Positions 59,174 to 64,000 of a DNA stretch of 64,000 nucleotides are shown piece after piece (position 1 is the first letter of the stretch; every line of letters starts with the position of its first letter). The position numbers and the translations under genes were made by a program. Source of the DNA: Patescibacteria group bacterium (lineage in GTDB: Bacteria > Patescibacteriota > Patescibacteriia > XYB2-FULL-38-15); the NCBI GenBank assembly GCA_041653675.1, contig JBAZEY010000003.1:13284-77283 (forward strand). The letters are read 5' to 3'. The notes under the pieces are model-generated. The model did no database searches, was not told the origin of the DNA, and saw only the letters and a list, made by a program, of their open reading frames with translations.

Positions 59174-60214
59174 ATGTCTTCAAAAATTTTATCTGCGGCG
59201 ATTGTTGGATTAGACGCGGAACTTGTGGAGGTGGAGGCCGACATTTCGCCGGGACTTAGTCATTTTACGATAGTTGGTTTGCCGGATATGGCCGTGCAGG
59301 AGTCGCGTGAGCGGGTAAGGGCGGCTATTAAAAATAGTGAATTGCCGTTTCCCCGGACGCGCGTCACGGTTAATTTGGCTCCGGCCGATTTAAAAAAGGA
59401 AGGGCCGTCTTATGATTTGCCCATTGCCATTGCCATTCTTCTGGCTTCGAAATTTTTAAGATTACCGGCGGCGGCGAGTGCAAGAGAAACAGCCGGGGAA
59501 AATCTTGAACTTTTGCCGAGCACGAAAGCTGTGGCAAATCTCTTTTGTCCCCAATCTCTTTTTGTTGGCGAGTTGGCGCTGGATGGAATTTTGCGGCCGG
59601 TGAATGGAATACTGGCCATTGCTTCCGCCGCTCGGGCGAGGGGAATTAAAACTTTGTATGTTCCGGAAACTAACGCCCGAGAAGCAAGTTTGATCGAAAA
59701 TTTGGAAATTTTTTCCGTAAAAAACATTTTTCAGTTGGTAGAACATTTGGCGGGAAAAAATTTAATTGCGCCGTTTTCTCGTGAGGAACCTTTTAATTTT
59801 AACGAGCCAGTCGGAAGTGATGAAGAAAATTTTGATATGGCATATGTGCGCGGACAAGAGTATGCAAAGCGAGCTCTGGAAATTGTCGCCGCCGGTGGCC
59901 ACAACCTCCTGATGTCCGGGCCGCCTGGTTCCGGGAAAACACTGCTTTCAAAAACATTGCCGTCAATTTTGCCGGCGCTTACGATTGATGAGGCGCTTGA
60001 AGTAACAAGAATCTATTCCGTCGCCGGACTTTTACCGCCGGATTTGCCACTTATGACGCGACGGCCGTTTAGAAATCCGCATCACACGGCATCAAATGTC
60101 TCGCTCGTGGGCGGTGGAACTTGGCCGCGGCCGGGAGAAGTAAGTTTGTCTCATCGCGGAGTTTTATTTTTAAGAATCGTCCCGCAATTTATGCAAACAG
60201 TAGTATACTCATAA
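59174..60214 (+). pseudogene. comM: ComM/YifB AAA+ ATPase, N-terminal part, interrupted after …HRGVLFL
   Basis: VGLPD…VQESRER, NLAPADLKKEG, GPPGSGKT, RNPHHT, PGEVSL. The expected Walker B DE is replaced by RIVPQFMQTVVYS* at ~60172. Confidence 0.88.
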
Positions 60215-60299
60215 AACTACCAATACTCTCTGAAACCGATAGGAGACGGGAGGTTTTGGCCGTAAATCTGGGAATGCACGGCGCAAAAAGGACTTAGTG

Positions 60300-60413
60300 A
60301 AATTCTACAAAATTCGACAAAATTCGACAAAATCCGACAAAATCCGACTAATTAGGGTAAAATATTTTGGGTTTTAGGAACTAAAATCAGACAAAAGCAG
60401 ACAAAAGCAGACA
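60300..60413 (+). repeat. Two arrays of 10-bp tandem repeats
   Basis: aaattctaca-aaattcgaca x2-aaatccgaca-aaatccgac (60301-60349) and aaaatcagac-aaaagcagac x2 (60383-60412). Confidence 0.8.
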
Positions 60414-60522
60414 CTTTTAGGGATAAATGTTGGGAATTTTACAAGTTTAGTATGGGACAGAACGTAACACCTTTATTAAAATCTAATTTTGCGGTAAAGT
60501 TAAATTGATTTTAAGAACAACT

Positions 60523-62190
60523 ATGGCTCGCAAAATAAACTATGACAACTGGTCAAAGGAAGAATTAGCCAAAGAATTACGCCGTATTAAGGAAACAAAA
60601 TACGGGCTTGTTTGGCATAGGGATTTGCCGGAAGAAAAAATTGACACGCTCATCAATCCTGACGCGCGCACGCCGAACGAAATGTTTCCGAATGAAATGG
60701 CCGGCAGGCCGTTTCCGATTTTGAAAGAAACCAAAGGCAAAGAGATAAACGGCGATAAAGGCAAGCCAGTAAATTTGCTTATTGAGGGCGACAATTATCA
60801 CTCGCTAGCGGTTTTAAATTTCACGCACCAAGAAGCGATTGATTTGATATATATCGATCCGCCCTATAACACAGGAGAAAATGACTTTATATACAATGAT
60901 AAAATGGTTGATAAGGAAGACCCCTTTAGACACAGCAAGTGGCTCTCTTTTATGGAAAAAAGATTAAAACTTGCTAAAAACCTTCTTAAATCTGACGGAG
61001 TACTTTTTGTGAGTATAGATGATAACGAACAAGCACCACTCAAATTATTATGCGATGAGATTTTTGACGACGGTCACTTTCTTGGAACTTTAACCTGGAT
61101 TAATAAAACGAAACCAGTTAATTCGGGTAAGGCGAAATATCAAATACAGCAGAATACGGAATATATTTTTGCCTATTCAAAAACAAAAAGAGAAGATTTT
61201 CTCGGCTTTGATTTAACAAAACAAGGGGAAAGAAAGTATGCTCTCTCGGACCAAGGAGGCGACTACAGACTAATAGACATCGAGGATTCTGATCGCGGGA
61301 GAAAAAAACGGGACACAATGAAATTTGAAATTTTGGGAATTAAGCCGGGAACCGGCAAGCGTTGGAAAATTGGACAATTGGAAATAAACAACCTGATAAA
61401 GACGGGTAGAATTGTTAAAGTAGAAGGAAAAATAAAAAGGAAGATATATAGTTATGAGGAATCAGGATTTGTTGAAAATCCTTTTTGGTCACATCTTGAA
61501 GCCGTTGGTACTGCCGAAGATGGCAAAAAAGAGCTCTCGGATATTATTGGGCAGGATCATGGCTTTGATACTGTAAAGCCCGTAAATTTGATAGAAAGTT
61601 TACTGCAGCATTTTACGAAAAATGTATGCGTCCTTGATTTTTTTGCTGGTTCGGGGTCGACAGGTCAAGCAGTTCTTGATTTGAATAAAGAAGGGGGCAA
61701 TCGGCGATTTATTCTTTGCACTAACAACGATAACAATATCTGCTTGGATGTCTGCTACCCTCGCTTAAAAAAAGTCATCAAGGGCTATAAAAATACCAAG
61801 GGCGAAAATATCGCCGGACTTGGCGGTAATTTAAAATATTATACTTGCGATTTTGTTGAGGCCGAACCGACTGACCAAAACAAACGAAAACTTGTGAGCG
61901 AATCAACGGAAATGCTTTGCATCCGCGAAAACGCTTTCGATCTAGTACAAGACGAAAGCGATTTTAAGATTTTTAAGAACGAAAAAAAATATCTTGGAAT
62001 TGTTTTTTACGAAGAAGCGATTGGCGATTTTAAAAAAGCGATTAAAAAGATTAAAGGTCATTTTAACACGTACGTTTTCTCGCTCGGCGACGAGCCGCAC
62101 GAAAAACAGTTTACTGATGTAAAAAGAAAAGTCACGCTCTGCGCCATCCCGGAAGTGATTTTGAAAGTTTATAGGGAGATTTTTAAATAA
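60523..62190 (+). CDS. Beta-class N6-adenine DNA methyltransferase (type III Mod-like)
   Basis: YGLVW, LIEGDN, IYIDPPYNTG, KPV, LDFFAGSGSTG. Confidence 0.9.
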   Translation: MARKINYDNWSKEELAKELRRIKETKYGLVWHRDLPEEKIDTLINPDARTPNEMFPNEMAGRPFPILKETKGKEINGDKGKPVNLLIEGDNYHSLAVLNFTHQEAIDLIYIDPPYNTGENDFIYNDKMVDKEDPFRHSKWLSFMEKRLKLAKNLLKSDGVLFVSIDDNEQAPLKLLCDEIFDDGHFLGTLTWINKTKPVNSGKAKYQIQQNTEYIFAYSKTKREDFLGFDLTKQGERKYALSDQGGDYRLIDIEDSDRGRKKRDTMKFEILGIKPGTGKRWKIGQLEINNLIKTGRIVKVEGKIKRKIYSYEESGFVENPFWSHLEAVGTAEDGKKELSDIIGQDHGFDTVKPVNLIESLLQHFTKNVCVLDFFAGSGSTGQAVLDLNKEGGNRRFILCTNNDNNICLDVCYPRLKKVIKGYKNTKGENIAGLGGNLKYYTCDFVEAEPTDQNKRKLVSESTEMLCIRENAFDLVQDESDFKIFKNEKKYLGIVFYEEAIGDFKKAIKKIKGHFNTYVFSLGDEPHEKQFTDVKRKVTLCAIPEVILKVYREIFK

Positions 62191-62202
62191 AAAATCGAAA
62201 AT

Positions 62203-62388
62203 ATGAGCAGACAACAAACAAATTCTGGACAAATAAGGAAAAAAAGAGAGGACACCCTAATCAAGAATATCGAGAAAAAGTATAATGTTGATTTTGGTGT
62301 ACGCGATGATATGAAATTAGGCACTTACTTAAGGGAAAAAGGACTGCCGTCGCTTTCCAAAGCTATAGAAAAGGTAACAAAGGAATGA
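62203..62388 (+). CDS. Small basic hypothetical protein
   Basis: 61-aa ORF tightly spaced in the island operon. Confidence 0.6.
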   Translation: MSRQQTNSGQIRKKREDTLIKNIEKKYNVDFGVRDDMKLGTYLREKGLPSLSKAIEKVTKE

Positions 62389-62391
62389 TAT

Positions 62392-62904
62392 ATGATATCA
62401 GAAGCTTTTAAGAGAAATGTTTTATGGAATCTTGAACAAGTTGCTGTTCAGGTTGGCCATGCCGAAAAAGTTAGGACTAGAGCTAGAAGCGGATATTATA
62501 AAGCTGCTATAATTTTAGCCGCTGCTATCGTCGAAGCACTTGTGTATAAAATTTTAGAACAAAATAATACCCTGAAGATGCCGCTGGAAGATTGGCGATG
62601 TATTCGTTCAAATTTTTTGTCTCAGCGGTATAAAAGCGACAAAGGAGAGAGACTAAGTGTCTGTGAAAGAATAAGACCACAGTTTGAATTAAATAAACAA
62701 ACGGATTTTAAAAAAGTTAATGAAGTATGTCTTGCTTTAAAGATATTTCCAAAAAAAATTTTTAAGAAAATAGAAAAAATTAGAACATTGAGAAATAAAA
62801 TCCATATTCAGGGGCTAGATAATATAGATAGGAGTTATACAAAACATGAGCTGGAATTTATTTCGTCCGTAATGGATGAGTTACTTAGTAAAATAAAAGC
62901 ATAG
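62392..62904 (+). CDS. Hypothetical protein, HEPN-like
   Basis: YKAAIILAAAIVEALV and IRTLRNKIH motifs. Confidence 0.55.
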   Translation: MISEAFKRNVLWNLEQVAVQVGHAEKVRTRARSGYYKAAIILAAAIVEALVYKILEQNNTLKMPLEDWRCIRSNFLSQRYKSDKGERLSVCERIRPQFELNKQTDFKKVNEVCLALKIFPKKIFKKIEKIRTLRNKIHIQGLDNIDRSYTKHELEFISSVMDELLSKIKA

Positions 62905-62981
62905 GCATTTAACATGAGGCATGGAAAAAACAATTAAACTATGTTGATTTAATTTAAAGATTATTTTTAAAAATAGCTTAT

Positions 62982-63950
62982 ATGAAAGAACCAATAAAAG
63001 AATTAGCTAATGTAGAGAATATAAAAGAAGATTTGATTAAAGAATTTGAGCGATCGTTAAATGAATTTAAGAAAAAAGTTGATTGTTTTATTTACCCGCT
63101 AATTATCCCGCCGCTTAATAGCATAGACGAAGATGTACTTTTCGAAGTTTTTCCTGATTTGAAGAAAATAGGAAAACAAAAACGTTTACACGTGCTTTTG
63201 TATTCATATGGAGGTGATGCCCACACAGCATTTCATATAGGTCGCCTTTTGCAAGATTATGCTACAGAGGAGTTATATATTTATATTCTGAGAGAAGCTA
63301 AGAGTGCAGCAACACTGTTAGCGAGTTCAGCTGACAAGATTATTTTTTCTGAAATTTCAGAATTGGGGCCGATGGATCCTCAGATTAAAGATTCCGAGGG
63401 AGGAGAAAGATTTAGTCCGCTTGCCATAAAACATGTTATGGATTTTTTGTCCGATGAAAGCAGAAAAGGACATTCAGAGCTAGTCAAGACACTGGCCGCG
63501 AAGTTACCAACGACGCTTCAATTAGGAGAACATTTGAAATCCCTAGAAACTGGAAAAGATTATCTTTTCAAACTTCTTAAGACTAGAATGTTTAAAGAAG
63601 ATAGCGATGAAATTGTGCAAAAAATTGCAGAAAAGTTAGTGACGGGATACCCGGATCACGGTTATTGTATTGATTTTAAAGAAGCGTTAGAGATTGGCTT
63701 AAAAGTTGAAAAAGTTGATCCAAAAATAGAAAATGAACTTTTTTCGGTTATGGAGAATTATAAAAAAGTTTGGGATACATTTGAAAAATTGATACGAGAC
63801 GCAAAAAATAGAGATGATCAAAAAATTAAGGATGCAATGAAATTATTGAAAGGGATTAGAACCGTTGCGACTAATATTATAGAAGGTGAAATTAAAGAAA
63901 ATCTGGAACCAAAAAATCAAGGCAGCACTGAGTTAATAGAACAAAGATAA
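62982..63950 (+). CDS. SDH/ClpP-fold serine protease
   Basis: LYSYGG, AKSAATL, SELGPMDPQ, HGYCI. Confidence 0.8.
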   Translation: MKEPIKELANVENIKEDLIKEFERSLNEFKKKVDCFIYPLIIPPLNSIDEDVLFEVFPDLKKIGKQKRLHVLLYSYGGDAHTAFHIGRLLQDYATEELYIYILREAKSAATLLASSADKIIFSEISELGPMDPQIKDSEGGERFSPLAIKHVMDFLSDESRKGHSELVKTLAAKLPTTLQLGEHLKSLETGKDYLFKLLKTRMFKEDSDEIVQKIAEKLVTGYPDHGYCIDFKEALEIGLKVEKVDPKIENELFSVMENYKKVWDTFEKLIRDAKNRDDQKIKDAMKLLKGIRTVATNIIEGEIKENLEPKNQGSTELIEQR

Positions 63951-64000
63951 ATTTATGTGGGTTGAATTTAAAGATTATCAAGAAAAAGCCATTGTAAAGT

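Larger units (their letters stand above)
60173..64000. mobile_element. Integrated island inside comM (left part)
   Basis: comM break followed by MTase and defence-like genes. No integrase in the window. Confidence 0.7.

Noticed and set aside
1-64000. Recoded genetic code (UGA=Gly) or a diversity-generating retroelement
   Set aside because: Conserved genes are full length in code 11 and some end in TGA; no reverse transcriptase or TR/VR pair seen.

Overview
AT-rich bacterial chromosome segment in genetic code 11. Gene content and style point to Patescibacteria/CPR, Parcubacteria-like (inference). 1-17.8 kb is a surface-structure locus: WxL/pilin-like subunits, a DUF916-like partner, an FN3+dockerin protein next to a cohesin+TM protein, and two paralogous Gly-rich repeat fibre proteins with phage-tailspike-like C-terminal chaperone domains. 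The middle is a housekeeping backbone: tRNA-Ala, ychF, Trm11-like methyltransferase, rpsF-ssb-rpsR, epmA-efp, recA-rodZ-like-ftsK, a GT-C/GT2/PGI-PMI glycosylation cluster, uvrB-uvrA-uvrC, tRNA-His/Arg, xer, rpsO-NYN-pnp and dksA-lspA. At the right end comM is broken by an integrated defence-like island (MTase, small protein, HEPN-like protein, ClpP-like protease). The most unusual signal is a dispersed set of GC-rich, self-contained transcription units. Each has an AT-rich sigma70 promoter, a GC-rich transcript, and a hairpin + U-tract end. Some encode ORFans or lipoproteins with strong AAGGAGG sites; others are orphan structured RNAs, including a ~680-nt ornate RNA at 46512-47192 (minus). 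All structures were read by eye and no database searches were run.
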